A stretch of 64,000 nucleotides of DNA from an uncultured delta proteobacterium (GCA_963808625.1 CAWEHK010000021.1:32001-96000); one strand, 5' to 3'; positions 10,885 through 21,875 are shown, counted from the stretch's first letter. Numbers and translations are program-made. The notes: generated from the letters alone by a model not told the origin.

Positions 10885-12210
10885 ATGCAGCCTTTCCTTG
10901 CCACCCTATTCAAGGAATTGCGCCTGCTCTACCGCGACCGGGCCGGGTTGCTCGTTCTTTTTATCATGCCCACCGTGCTGGTCGTGGTGGTTTCGCTGGT
11001 CCAGGAAAACGTGCTGAAGGCGACGGGCACGCCCCACATGGACATCCTCTTCATCGATCAGGATCGCCAGGATTTCGGCAAGCTCATCCGGAAAGAACTG
11101 GAGGCCCTCGAATCCGTGACGCTGATCACGTCGCTGGACGGGCAGGCGATAGGGTCCGACCAGGCCAGGGCCCTGGTCGACAAGGGCCGGTACCAGGTCT
11201 GTATCGTCATTCCGGCAGGGCTCACGGAAGCGGTTCGCGCCCGCGCCATCGAACAAATTTCGGATGCCTTCTCCGGCCGCTCGGGAGAGGGCGCCCTGCC
11301 CCTGCCCCACGTGCCGGTTTATTTTGATCCCCTGGTCCAGGGCGCCTTTCGCTCTTCCCTCTTGAATGCTCTGAAATTGATGCTCCTGGCCATGGAAATG
11401 GAAATGAAAGCCAGGACCCTGGCGGCATCATTGCCGGCCCAGCTCGAGCAGACGCTGAGTGCCCTTGCCGACCAAATACCCCTGGACCCGGCGACCTTCC
11501 CCAAATTTCAAATGGATCCGGGCTGGGGCAACCGACGTTTGCTGGATGTCGTGGCAGCACAAAGCAGTTTGCGGAAATTGCCGACATCGGTGCAGCAAAA
11601 CGTCGCGGCATGGTCGGTATTCGGCATCTTTTTCATCGTGCTCCCCCTGGGAGGCACCATCATCCGGGAACGCAAGGACGGCACCCTCGCCCGCCTGAGA
11701 ACGCTGCCGGTTCCCTATCTCACCCTGCTGGCTGGAAAACTGGGCGCCTACGTCACCGTCTGCTGGGTGCAATTCCTGTTCATCGTCCTGATGGGAAAAA
11801 CCGGTCTGCCCCTGCTGGGGACACCTGTTCTCAGCCTTGGCTCCGACACCGCCGCCTTGGTCGTTACCGTTACGATGATCGCCCTGGCGGCATGCGGCTA
11901 TGGCCTGATGCTCGGCACCCTCGCCCACACCTTGGAGCAGGCCAACATGTTCGGAGCGGTCTCGGTGGTCTGCGCCGCCGCGCTCGGCGGCACCATGGTC
12001 CCGGTCTACGTTATGCCCCCGCTCATGCAGACGATCAGCCTGTTCTCGCCTTTAGCCTGGGGACTCAATGCACTGGTGGAGATTGCGGTGCGCGACGGCA
12101 CCCTGGGTTCGGTCCGGCACGAACTGCTCTCCCTGACCGCGTTCTTTGTGGTGACCATGGCCATCGCCTGGACCCGCTTCGGCCGTTTCGACCGCCAGGC
12201 GGAAACGTAG
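10885..12210 (+). CDS. ABC-2 type exporter permease
   Basis: KELRLLYRDR, ERKDGTLARL and LGGTMVP..MP motifs with multiple TM segments. Confidence 0.9.
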   Translation: MQPFLATLFKELRLLYRDRAGLLVLFIMPTVLVVVVSLVQENVLKATGTPHMDILFIDQDRQDFGKLIRKELEALESVTLITSLDGQAIGSDQARALVDKGRYQVCIVIPAGLTEAVRARAIEQISDAFSGRSGEGALPLPHVPVYFDPLVQGAFRSSLLNALKLMLLAMEMEMKARTLAASLPAQLEQTLSALADQIPLDPATFPKFQMDPGWGNRRLLDVVAAQSSLRKLPTSVQQNVAAWSVFGIFFIVLPLGGTIIRERKDGTLARLRTLPVPYLTLLAGKLGAYVTVCWVQFLFIVLMGKTGLPLLGTPVLSLGSDTAALVVTVTMIALAACGYGLMLGTLAHTLEQANMFGAVSVVCAAALGGTMVPVYVMPPLMQTISLFSPLAWGLNALVEIAVRDGTLGSVRHELLSLTAFFVVTMAIAWTRFGRFDRQAET

Positions 12211-12282
12211 TACATTTCGGCAGAAATCATCATTCATTTTATGCGAGAAATCGAGCAGCTACCTTCCTTCACGTGAAGAAAT

Positions 12283-12429
12283 GAATTTCAAATATCGAAC
12301 AAAGAAATCCGAATGATGAAGTCTTCCTGGATTTTGCTGTCCAGTTTTAATGCCCACCACAAATCTTCAAAGCTGGATTTCCCTCAATCCTTTGACGTTC
12401 TGCGGTTCCTTGTTCGATATTCGATATTC
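12283..12429. repeat. Long-spacer inverted repeat between convergent genes
   Basis: GAATTTCAAATATCGAACAAAGAA (12283-12306) matches the reverse complement of 12406-12429 at 21 of 24 positions. Confidence 0.7.
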
Positions 12430-12494
12430 CGCTGAATTTCGTCTTTTTGCATACCGAGGGGGAAGAACTGGGTTTGGACCTGCGCCGGTGGGTA

Positions 12495-13392
12495 CTAAGG
12501 CTGTGGATGCCCGCGGTTCGGGTCGTGATGAATTTCATCGTGGTACCCTGCTGCAGCGATCATCACCGGCCGCCTGATCAAATCCGCGAGCGGAAGGATC
12601 TCCAAGCCTTTCTCCGGGATTCCCCTTAGCACCAGGTCGACCTCAGCGACCCAGCGGGGCAGCAGAGAAGGGTGGGGCAGGTTGTCGTGCAAGAGCAAAA
12701 TGTCATTGGCGCGCACGCGTCTTAAGATATTTCGTGCCAGATTGGTTACCCGTCGATTCCCGGCATCCCAGGCCCGGCAGCTGAAATTGACGACGAACAT
12801 GCCTTCCTTGTCGCATGACCCGGCGCAATTGCGGGGAGGTGATGGCCATGGGCGGCCGGTAGGCCAGGGCGACGATGCCGAGGTCCTTCAAGGCACGCTG
12901 GGTGGCCTCAATTTCGTGCTCCATCGTTTGGGTACTTCGAAAGGCGCCCAGCATGTCGTGGTGAAAAGAATGATTGGCCAGGCTATGCCCTTGCGCGAGG
13001 ATTTCTCTGACCAGTTGAGGATACTTGACGACCCGGTGACCGATTACAAAGAACGTCGCAGTAGCCCGATGTTTTTTCAGCAGCCGCAGCAGTTCCGGTG
13101 TGGTCAGCGGATCGGGGCCGTCGTCGAAGGTGAGGGCGACGGCCTTTCGGTCGCATGTTCCCCGGCTGACCACCGGCAGGAAAAAGCTGGAAGACGGGAT
13201 GAACGGGGCCGTCATGCACAACGTCAGAAATACCCCGAGAGGGACCACCGCCAGGCGCAGGTCCACCCATGCCAGAAGTACTGCGGCCAGGAAGACGACG
13301 CATCCCGTGCGTCCCATCGGCGACTGCGGCAGGTACTTCCGGAGAGTGTTTCTGATGGCACCCGACATGTTTTCTTCGAAAACAGGCATCAC
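12495..13392 (-). CDS. Polysaccharide deacetylase (NodB-type) with N-terminal TM helices (frameshift near 12810)
   Basis: ALTFDDGP, ANHSFHH and YRPP motifs. ILLLHD continues in ORF 12495-12800. Confidence 0.85.
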
Positions 13393-16300
13393 GCTTTCCT
13401 GGCAACCACCCAGACGAGTTCTTCATCGCACCCGGACGCGAGGGACTGTTCCACCTGAAAGCCCGCCTGCATGACCATGCTTTCCAATTGATGCACGGGC
13501 CGGTAATAGGCCGGAATCCGAGACAACTGCAGCAGCAGGTTGTGGTACCACCACGCCCAGGGCAAGCGCCGCTTCGGCAGCAGCGAGGCCCGGATAAGCA
13601 GCCTCCCGCCATCGCGGGTGCGTTCCCGCAAGCGTTCGAGCGTTTCCCTGAAATCCTCGTCCGTGAGGAAATGAACCATGTCGATCATCGTGGACAAATC
13701 GACCTGATCGCTGACCTCGGGGATCTCCGGAGCCCGGCCCTGGACAATAAGACCTCGGTCGCCCACTGCCATGGCCGCGATCCTGGCCCGCTCCGGCGAT
13801 GGCTCAACCCCGTGCAGGCGCGCCCCCGTGAACCGTTCGAGAAACCAGCTGGCGGGGACGCCGTAGCCCGTGCCAATGTCTCGAATCATCTTGAGGTCGC
13901 CATCGCCTCGAAACATCTGCTCCATTTCGGGGAACATCGGGTCCTGGCGCATCTTGAACCGTGCAAAGAGCCTTGGATAGGCCTCCAGGTAGCGGTACCG
14001 GTTCAATACCCGCTCCTGGATGGTGCTTCCGGTGACCACCCGTTCTTGCCGGAGCTTTTGAATGCGAGTGAGCACGGGCGGCAGAATCAAGAACGTCCCG
14101 ATCATCGAGTAAGCGATACCCAGAAACGCGGTTGCGCCGGTGCTCTGGAGCACGGAGTGGTCGGCCCCCCACATGGCCCCGAACCCGAGCAAGGTGGTTA
14201 CCGCGGAAAGAAAGACAGCCATGCGAATCTGGCTGAAGGACGGATGATCCAGGGTGGCGTAGCGCTGAAAGGACCGCACGTAGAAGATGGAGTAGTCGAT
14301 CCCGAGCCCAAAGACGATGATCGAGAGCATCAACCCGGGGATGTCGAGCGGCCGCCCCATGATGTTCAAGGTACCCAGGGTGCCGATCATCGCAAAGATC
14401 GAGGGCAACATGCACGCCAACGTGAGTGGCCAATCCAGCAGAAAAACGGCGACGAGGACGAAAGAGCAGATGACATTGATCAGAAAGAATTTGAGAGCGG
14501 TGCTGAACAGAAGGTCCCCGATGCTTTTGGAAAAGAATTGGGGATCGAACACCTTGACGGAGGACCTGTAGGCTTCGTAAAACTGCCTGGCGTCGTAACT
14601 CGGCCCCGTGGTCACAGTAGATACGAGGACCCATTGTGACCCATCCGCATTCCTGGTAATTCCCAGGAAGCCGGGGAACTGATCGAGGAGTCGAACATTC
14701 TCGGCGGGTGGAGAGGTTTCGCTCACCAGGTGGTAAAAGGCGGCGAAGGCATCATCGGCGAATCCCATCGAAGCGGACGAGGTCTCCGATGGTGCGCTTC
14801 AAGGTGCCGATTCGTTCAGGACTCCAGAACTCTCTCCAGGCATCAAAATTCTGCTGCCGGAGCGTCGCTCCCGGGACGATCATGGAGGGCGTAAAGCCTG
14901 AAGATAAGACCCCCGAGCGCAGATCCGAACGGATCTTTTCCGTAAGTTCATCGCCCTGGTGCTGGAGTTCCTCGAGCGATTGCGCCTCCGCCAGCAGGTA
15001 AACCTTGTCGAACAGGCCGCCCCACACCTCGGTGAGCAGCTTTTCCGCCGCAATGGTTTCGGCCCCGACGGTATTCATGGCCTGCAAGCTCACATTGAAA
15101 ACCGGCCTGGCAAAAAAAACCATAACGGCGGCAAAGATGGCCGCACCCCACAACCCTGTCCGACCGGTGCCGCCGAACGCATCCGCGACCTTTTGCAGGT
15201 GAAGCGACCGCTGGCCGCCGGGGGGCAATACCGGAAAGATCCTCTGGAAAACCAGGTGCACGATGAGAAAGCAGAACCCCAGACCCATCATCGTGAACTG
15301 CCCCAACTGAACGAAGACCGGAAACTCACTGAAACACAGCACCCCAAATGCCGCAACGGTGGTCAGCACCGCCAGCAGGCTCATGTCCCAGACCTCATGG
15401 GACGCCTCTTTTCCGAACGTATTGTAGGGCCGGTCCAGGAAGAGGAGGTAGGCGATGCCCTGATCGACGGTGAAGGATATGATCGCACCCCCAAAACCAA
15501 GAACCAGGATCGAGATGGACTGGTGGAAAAGCGAAAAGACGAAATAGGCGAGCATGGTTCCGGCCATCGCCGGCAGCAGGGAAAAAAGACCGATCACCGG
15601 CCGGCAGAACGAGAAAACGAGGAGCACCGCAATGCCGACGGTGGACAGCGTCACCGCAAAGCCGATGTCTTTCTTGATGATCCGCTGATTGTCCAGGGCG
15701 GCCCGATAGGCCCCGGTCGAGGTCAGAGTGACCTGCTGGCCCCCATGGCCATAGGTGTGGTTGACCTCGTCCGCAATCCGGTTCATCCGCTCCATGATCA
15801 AACCGGCAAATTCGGTCGCCGTGCTCGAGGCAATCGGGCTGGCAATGACCAGCAGGTGCCGGCTGTCGGCCGACAGAAGCTGTCCCCGAGAGACGCGGGC
15901 ACCGGTGGTTGGAATCAGGTGCGACATTCGTCTCAGAATCAGGCTGCTCAGATTCAGAGGGTCTGCGGCAATCATGGCCTGCTGGCCGATGCTCTCCAGC
16001 CCCAGTAAACCGGTATGAATCTGTTCCAACCGGCCCTGCACTGCCCCCGGCTCCAACAGCGGCTGCACCTGGTCCCGCAACTCCTCGGCCGAAAAGAGAA
16101 CCGGCAGGTTTGCCGACACGTAGGCGAGCATATCCGGCATGAGCGCCTGCGCGTCTTCCATGCCGACACTCTTGAACAACCCGCTCTCCTTCAGCCGGGT
16201 TTCGACCAACTTGCCGCAGGCGATCAGGGCATCCAGGTCAGCGTGCTTCAGGGAGACGTCGACCACGACCTGGTTTTGCATGGGGTGATGCAACAGCAGG

Positions 16301-16464
16301 TAGGTGGCATCAGCAATGATGGGGTCCGTCTTGGGAAGCGCGCCGATGATATCCGTGTCGATCTCGAGCCGATGCAGGCCCCAGGCGAACAGACCGACCG
16401 TGACCAGGAGGGTGAGCACCAGGAAGCGCCAGTTTAAGGGCAACGATTTCAGCACTGGAAGCAA
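13389..16464 (-). CDS. MMPL/RND-family lipid exporter with a C-terminal SAM methyltransferase domain (frameshift near 14765)
   Basis: Two TM bundles (ISFTVDQGI; GLGIDYSIF) and C-terminal DIGTGYG SAM motif I. ORFs 14752-16464 and 13389-14768 abut. Confidence 0.8.
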
Positions 16465-16471
16465 CCTTCCG

Positions 16472-17206
16472 TCAATGGCCGGCGACCAGCATCAGCAAGA
16501 CCATGATTAGAAAAACGTGGACCCCTATGACCAGCCACCTGTTGCGGTGATAAAATTCGTCCATCTTCTGGATTCTTAAGAGCCCTCCCCAGAACCTTCG
16601 CCATCGGTCCACCTTCCAGAGGCGCACGTTGTCCGTGCGCGCGTTGCTCTGAAAGGCAAATGACGGGTAGGCAGCGAAATAGGCTTCGGCCCGGCCACGC
16701 AATACCACATCAAAAGGCACCTGCCGCCACGGGAGGGCGAGCAAAGTTTCGGCAAAACGACGTTGCACCACGTAGGCGTGAGCAAGGCTGCGATAACGCA
16801 CCTTCAGCACGGAGGCGTTTGCGGTTTTCCGGCTGCTCGATGTCAGGCAGCCGAAAAAGAAGACTTTCCAGTCATCGTACGTGGAAAGGAAACGGACGCA
16901 ATCCGACAGTACGCGGGCGCTGAATCGGTCAAAAACGATATCGTCTTCAAAAATGAGCATGGTCCGGGCGCCCGCCTGAATCCCTCTGCGGAAGCATTCC
17001 AGGTGAGACTCGTAGATTCCCCGCTCGATGTCAACGGGATGTTTCTTCACGATGACAAATTCGACCCGGTCCGCCAGGCCGACGGCGCGAAACTGCCTTT
17101 CTGCCTCCTGCCGACGGTCTTCGCGCTCGTCCAGCGAGATGCAGTAGGTCTTGTCGAAAAAGGCCCAGAGGGCGGAAGGTGATGAAGCTTCGGTCGTTTG
17201 TCTCAA
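16472..17206 (-). CDS. Glycosyltransferase family 25-like protein
   Basis: YCISLDEREDRR, GIYESH, LIFEDD and AHAYVV motifs with a C-terminal TM helix. Confidence 0.7.
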   Translation of the reverse strand: MRQTTEASSPSALWAFFDKTYCISLDEREDRRQEAERQFRAVGLADRVEFVIVKKHPVDIERGIYESHLECFRRGIQAGARTMLIFEDDIVFDRFSARVLSDCVRFLSTYDDWKVFFFGCLTSSSRKTANASVLKVRYRSLAHAYVVQRRFAETLLALPWRQVPFDVVLRGRAEAYFAAYPSFAFQSNARTDNVRLWKVDRWRRFWGGLLRIQKMDEFYHRNRWLVIGVHVFLIMVLLMLVAGH

Positions 17207-17426
17207 GCGAACCCAACCCTGTTCAGTTTGCCAACCGGGCAGGAAAGGCGAAATCAGGGTCGATGGGCGAGGGCCGACTCCTGAATCGCTGTCTGCACGG
17301 GGTTACGGAAAACGCGTTTGCTTAGCGCCGGATTTGCTGTATAGCATATTCTCAAGGCGCATGGCACAGGAATGCGGGTGAGCAGTTACCTTTTATCGTT
17401 GAAGACCGGGCGCCGGGAATGATTAT

Positions 17427-17786
17427 TTGAACGTGATCTCAAGAATCGCCAACAGAATCGCGAACACCCCTTACGCGCGAAAGGCCGTCGAGGAAAAGGC
17501 CGACCTGAGCGCTTTCAAGCAAAAGCCGACGGCCCGAATCCTCCTGGGGGTGTTCCTGATCGGCTTCAGCTACGTCATCGGGTGGCCGGCCATCAGCGCT
17601 TTGACCGGCCTGGCCATCTACCTTAAAGAGCCTTTAGTGGCGGTCATCGGTGCGCCGTTGGCCTACGGTCTTTCACATCTGGTTTTCATCGCGGGGATGT
17701 ATCTGTCCGGAGCCAAATATTCAGCCATTTTTCTGCGCTGGGCGACACGGGTTGCCGTTGAAAAACTGCTGACAAAACAGACGTGA
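17427..17786 (+). CDS. Small hypothetical membrane protein
   Basis: 119-aa ORF with 2-3 hydrophobic segments. Confidence 0.65.
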   Translation: MNVISRIANRIANTPYARKAVEEKADLSAFKQKPTARILLGVFLIGFSYVIGWPAISALTGLAIYLKEPLVAVIGAPLAYGLSHLVFIAGMYLSGAKYSAIFLRWATRVAVEKLLTKQT

Positions 17787-17866
17787 TCCGGATCTCGATG
17801 AGGGCACCATAGAACCAACCGCGCCGGCCTGAACGCGATCCCACGCAGCGGCCGGGGCAACGCCGG

Positions 17867-18865
17867 CTACCAGGGTATAAACCGGTAAAGCTTGGCAAAC
17901 ATTTCGTAGACTTCGATCCAGTTCTGTAAGTCCCTGGCCGATCCCATATGGGCGCGCTTGTTCACCATCACCCAGCTCATGTGGGCCGCACCGTCCTTGC
18001 AGGTGCTGCAGTCCCGGGTTTCCGAAGTGCAGCAGCGGTGCATGGTGTGGAGGTCCGACGCCCAGCGGATGAACTCGATCAGCCGCTTGGGGGCAGGGTT
18101 GCGGCGGTCGAGGGGCTGGGTGACGGAGGGACACTCGTTCCAGCCGAAGCTCCGGCCCTGCATGGTCCCGGTGGTAATGATTTCGTGGTAATATTTCGAG
18201 GAGATGACGGTGTCCGGATACCGGTCCAGCATCCCATCCATTTCAACGCGAATCGCTTCGAGCTGCGGCGGCGTCCATGAAAACCCGTTGACGCCTTCAT
18301 CGTTGGAAAGCAGTTGCATGTGAACCTTCAGGCCCACGTCCCTGATCTTGCGTACGATCCTCTCCGTCTTTCCGATCTGTCGCGGGGTAATGGTGTAGAG
18401 ATAGTAGACATGGGGGTCGCCCGCGTAATTCCGGCTCGAAATGCTGAAGGTGTCCTTGCCGCGCAAAATCGTTTCGTCCTGCTCGTCACCCCACAGGGAG
18501 ATCCCCAGCATCATGTCCGGAAACCGGTCCCGGGGGATCTTGATCAGGCCGTTGGTGGCGCAGAAGGTGGACAGGCGCTTGTAGAAGGCCTCGACCCGGT
18601 CCAGGCAAAGGGTGGGTTCTCCGCCGATCAATATGGCCAAGTTCACCCCGCGCTGCTTTTCCCGGTCGACGAACGCCTCCCATTTGCGAATATCCATTTC
18701 CTCGGGGGCGGCCTTGTCTTCGTCCGAGGAGAAGAAGAAACAGCCCTTGCAGCGCAGGTTGCACCGGTTGGTGACATCGTAGATGGAGCTTCGAATGTTG
18801 AGCTTCGAGATCCTTTTGTAGCGCTCATGCCATTCGGGGTTCAGCAACGAACTGACGGTCTGCAT
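17867..18865 (-). CDS. Radical SAM protein B (paralog of the adjacent gene)
   Basis: YDVTNRCNLRCKGCFF, GGEP, and C-terminal C..CC..CxxC. Strong SD AAGGAG. Confidence 0.9.
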   Translation of the reverse strand: MQTVSSLLNPEWHERYKRISKLNIRSSIYDVTNRCNLRCKGCFFFSSDEDKAAPEEMDIRKWEAFVDREKQRGVNLAILIGGEPTLCLDRVEAFYKRLSTFCATNGLIKIPRDRFPDMMLGISLWGDEQDETILRGKDTFSISSRNYAGDPHVYYLYTITPRQIGKTERIVRKIRDVGLKVHMQLLSNDEGVNGFSWTPPQLEAIRVEMDGMLDRYPDTVISSKYYHEIITTGTMQGRSFGWNECPSVTQPLDRRNPAPKRLIEFIRWASDLHTMHRCCTSETRDCSTCKDGAAHMSWVMVNKRAHMGSARDLQNWIEVYEMFAKLYRFIPW

Positions 18866-18912
18866 CCAAACACTCCTTAGAAATACTCCAGGTACGCCCC
18901 AGCCGGCACCTG

Positions 18913-20010
18913 TCAGAAAAGCCCGGCCCCGGGCGGAGCGATCGGGGAATCCGAAAGGTTGGGTCCTTTTTCATACCCCATGACCCAGACGGCAAGGTAA
19001 GTGTCCACATAGTCGAGCCACGCCTTGAAGGTTTCCGGATCGGCGGCGTGGCGGAACATCCGGGCCGTGACGACGGCACTCCCCGAGGCATAATGCCGGC
19101 AGTCCCGGCAATCGGTGTCCGGCACGCAGCAGGCCGCACCCCGATCCCAGGACAGGTCCGCCCGATACTGCCGGAACGACCGCCCGAGACCGATGTCGGT
19201 CGACGGGTTCATCCGCGGGTAGGAGCAGCCGAACAGGTCGTGCAACCCCAGGGTGTGCGTGTGGGCGACGGTGCTGTAGGGGGAGAAAAGGACGCTGCGC
19301 GGATATTTCCCCAAAAGGTCAATCATGGCCGTTCGACATCGCCTGAGCGAAGCGGCCGTGTGGCGCAGGCTGCCCTCGTATCCCACCGGCGCCGAGAACA
19401 TGTTGAAGGTCAACCGGCACCCTGCGGCGGCCAGGACCCGGACGACCGGCTCGGCCTGGTCGATGTTTTCCCGCGTGAAGGTGTAGACAAAAACGGCCCG
19501 GGGGTCGCCCCGGTAGTTTTCGATCTGGCGTTCGAGCATGTTCCTGGCCTTGCGGATAGCCAGGCTGGTCTCATCCGATCCCCACACGGAAATGTGAATT
19601 TTGTACTGGATGGTTTCCGGCATGGAGATCAGGCCGTTGGTGGCGATGGCCCCCAGGGGCATTTCCTGACAGCAGACCTCGCAGAGTTCGGGAACCAGCG
19701 ACGGTTCGGCGCCCGCCAACACCACGTAGGTGATTCCCCGCGCCTTCTCCGACTGCATCAGCCGGCGCCAGGCCTCGGGGTCCCGGTTTTCCCGCACAAA
19801 CTGCTTATCGCCTTCATAAAAGTAGCACCCGTCGCACCGGATGTTGCAGCGGTTGGTCATATCATAGGTGGATTCGCGCAGGAAAAACCATTTCTTGACT
19901 TTCTGCCAGCGCTCCGAAATCCGAGGATCAGCCAGGATGTCTGAAAATTTAATCCCGTTTTCGGGCACCGGGCTGCCCTCCCCACCGGATGTTGCGGTCG
20001 TGATCGCCAT
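18913..20010 (-). CDS. Radical SAM protein A (in frame with the upstream ACP as written)
   Basis: YDMTNRCNIRCDGCYF, GAEP, and C-terminal C..CC..CxxC. It has its own GGAG-N6-ATG at 20010. Confidence 0.88.
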   Translation of the reverse strand: MAITTATSGGEGSPVPENGIKFSDILADPRISERWQKVKKWFFLRESTYDMTNRCNIRCDGCYFYEGDKQFVRENRDPEAWRRLMQSEKARGITYVVLAGAEPSLVPELCEVCCQEMPLGAIATNGLISMPETIQYKIHISVWGSDETSLAIRKARNMLERQIENYRGDPRAVFVYTFTRENIDQAEPVVRVLAAAGCRLTFNMFSAPVGYEGSLRHTAASLRRCRTAMIDLLGKYPRSVLFSPYSTVAHTHTLGLHDLFGCSYPRMNPSTDIGLGRSFRQYRADLSWDRGAACCVPDTDCRDCRHYASGSAVVTARMFRHAADPETFKAWLDYVDTYLAVWVMGYEKGPNLSDSPIAPPGAGLF

Positions 20011-20316
20011 GGGTCTCTCCAGGGTCAGGCCAGCGGCCTTCTCAGCGGCCTTTTCCTGCAACTTCTTTTCGATATGCTCCGAAATCAGCTGAATCGTGGT
20101 CAACTTCGGATAGTCATCCTCATCGATTCGAATGCCGTATTGGTCCCGAATCACCAGCGCCACCGTGGCCAGATCCATACTGTCGATACCCACTTCATCC
20201 ACCAGGTCGATCCCCGGGTCAAAGGTCTCAGGCGTCACATCCGTCAGTTTCAACTCGTCAATGAGAATTTCGGCAACACGGAGAATGATTTTGTCGACGC
20301 TCTTGTTTCCGGTCAT
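20011..20316 (-). CDS. Acyl carrier protein 2 (possibly fused to radical SAM A)
   Basis: GIDSMDL phosphopantetheine motif. No in-frame stop before the radical SAM domain. Confidence 0.85.
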
Positions 20317-20340
20317 TATGTCCCACTCCTTGCTCTCAAA

Positions 20341-20709
20341 TTAAACCCCGCCAGGATTGACGGGATCGTTTCGTTTTTCCAGCGTCATCGTGCCGGTGCA
20401 CGCGATGTCGTCTCCGGCCGTGATGCGAAAGGCATAAAGACCGGGCCGGTTCTTCTGCGGCAGAACGGTAATCTTCAGGCAATCCCCCGGCCGGATCATC
20501 TTCTTGAATTTGATCCGGCTGAAACCAACAACCCTGAACCGTTCGTCCAGCGCCTTGCACGCGGCTTCATAGACCATCCCGAGTTGAGCGATCCCCGGAA
20601 GAATCGGATCTCCGGGAAAATGACCGGGAAACCAGGAGGATTCCGGAGGCAGGTGCACTTCGGTATACCACTCGCCCGTCTCGATGCGTTTCAACCGTGT
20701 TGAGGTCAT
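20341..20709 (-). CDS. FabZ/ApeI-like hotdog dehydratase
   Basis: WFPGHFPGDPILPGIAQL and IKFKKMIRPGD motifs. Confidence 0.85.
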   Translation of the reverse strand: MTSTRLKRIETGEWYTEVHLPPESSWFPGHFPGDPILPGIAQLGMVYEAACKALDERFRVVGFSRIKFKKMIRPGDCLKITVLPQKNRPGLYAFRITAGDDIACTGTMTLEKRNDPVNPGGV

Positions 20710-20753
20710 GCCACATGCAATTCACGCCTTGCGGTGTTGGAAAACCGCTTCGA

Positions 20754-21020
20754 TTATCGTATCAGTATGGGGGAGTTCTTGGAGATATAAGCAGCCAGGG
20801 TCGATAAGCTCGCAAAGACCTTTTCGCCGAGTTCGCGATTATCGATCCGCAGCCCATAATCCTTTTCGATCATGATGACCATCTCGAGCACATCGATGGA
20901 ATCCAGTCCGAGACTGCCGCCTACGAGGGGTCCGTCGACATCCACATGGATTGATGGAAGATTGGCCAGGTCCAGGATACTGACTATTTTCACCTTGAGA
21001 TCTTCGATCAGCTGTTCCAT
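20754..21020 (-). CDS. Acyl carrier protein 3
   Basis: MEQLIEDLK..GLDSIDVLEM. Confidence 0.88.
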   Translation of the reverse strand: MEQLIEDLKVKIVSILDLANLPSIHVDVDGPLVGGSLGLDSIDVLEMVIMIEKDYGLRIDNRELGEKVFASLSTLAAYISKNSPILIR

Positions 21021-21364
21021 TCGATTTTCCGCAATATAAAGTGATGACCGTGAAGCAGTTTCAATGATCGTATCGAGATATCCTGTGGGCTTTGGCACGT
21101 CTGCAGGCTTCGGAGGCGCACACCCATGATTTCTTTACAATCCCGGGAAACTATTGTATCGTTTTCGCCTCCACCATTCAAAGGCCTTGCGCGGCATCGC
21201 CGGAGGCTTTTTCATGATTCAAACGCAAAAGCGATTCTTTGGAAGGTGATTGAAATTCGATTGATTTCATCGGGATGCAAACCCATGTCACCTGTTGTCA
21301 AAGTGAGAACTTATATTGAATTTCAAGTTTCTTTTCAATCCTTTTTATTTGCATGCAGGGCCAC

Positions 21365-21802
21365 ATGAACCCGACGGATGTGAAACCCGACAGCATCCTC
21401 CCCCACCGGGAGCCCATGCTGCTGATCGAAGAGATCCTTGTGCTGGACGACAGCTGTGCCGTAACGCGGTCCGTGGCCACTGACAAATGGCCCCTCTGCG
21501 ACGGTCGGAATGTAAGCGCTATCGTTTTGATCGAGCTCGTGGCCCAAACCTCCGGGATTCACAATGGATTCATCAGGGAGAAGAGGGAAGGAGCCGCCGC
21601 GGGCACGATGGGGTGGATTGTCGGGATCAGGCAGGCGCGGTTTTTGGTGGACCCCCTGCCGGTGGGCACCGAACTCGTCACCAGGACCGAAAACCAGATG
21701 GAATTCGAAGGGTTTCGCGACATCTTCGGCAGGGTCGAAATTGCCGGAGAGATGGTGGCTGAAATCGCTCTGCAGCTGCTGCGAGCCACCCCCACGGCCT
21801 GA
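21365..21802 (+). CDS. ApeP-like hotdog dehydratase
   Basis: ILPHREPMLLI and LIELVAQT motifs. Confidence 0.8.
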   Translation: MNPTDVKPDSILPHREPMLLIEEILVLDDSCAVTRSVATDKWPLCDGRNVSAIVLIELVAQTSGIHNGFIREKREGAAAGTMGWIVGIRQARFLVDPLPVGTELVTRTENQMEFEGFRDIFGRVEIAGEMVAEIALQLLRATPTA

Positions 21803-21823
21803 CCACCAGCCGCCGGATTCAAT

Positions 21824-21857
21824 GTCACAGGCTGGGGAGGAGTCCCCAGCCTGTGAC
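21824..21857. terminator. Perfect 15-bp hairpin between convergent genes (terminator or REP-like)
   Basis: GTCACAGGCTGGGGA-GGAG-TCCCCAGCCTGTGAC followed by GTTTTAA. Confidence 0.7.
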
Positions 21858-21875
21858 GTTTTAATCATTGTTATC

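Noticed and set aside
17362..17375. Sigma-54 promoter TGGCAC...TGC
   Set aside because: The GG-to-GC spacing is 9 nt rather than the required 10.
1..21802. Calling the cluster a ladderane pathway
   Set aside because: KS, ACP and radical SAM content is only loosely analogous. The DarB, BtrH, MMPL and deacetylase set fits APE/DAR-type clusters better, and nothing suggests an anammox organism.
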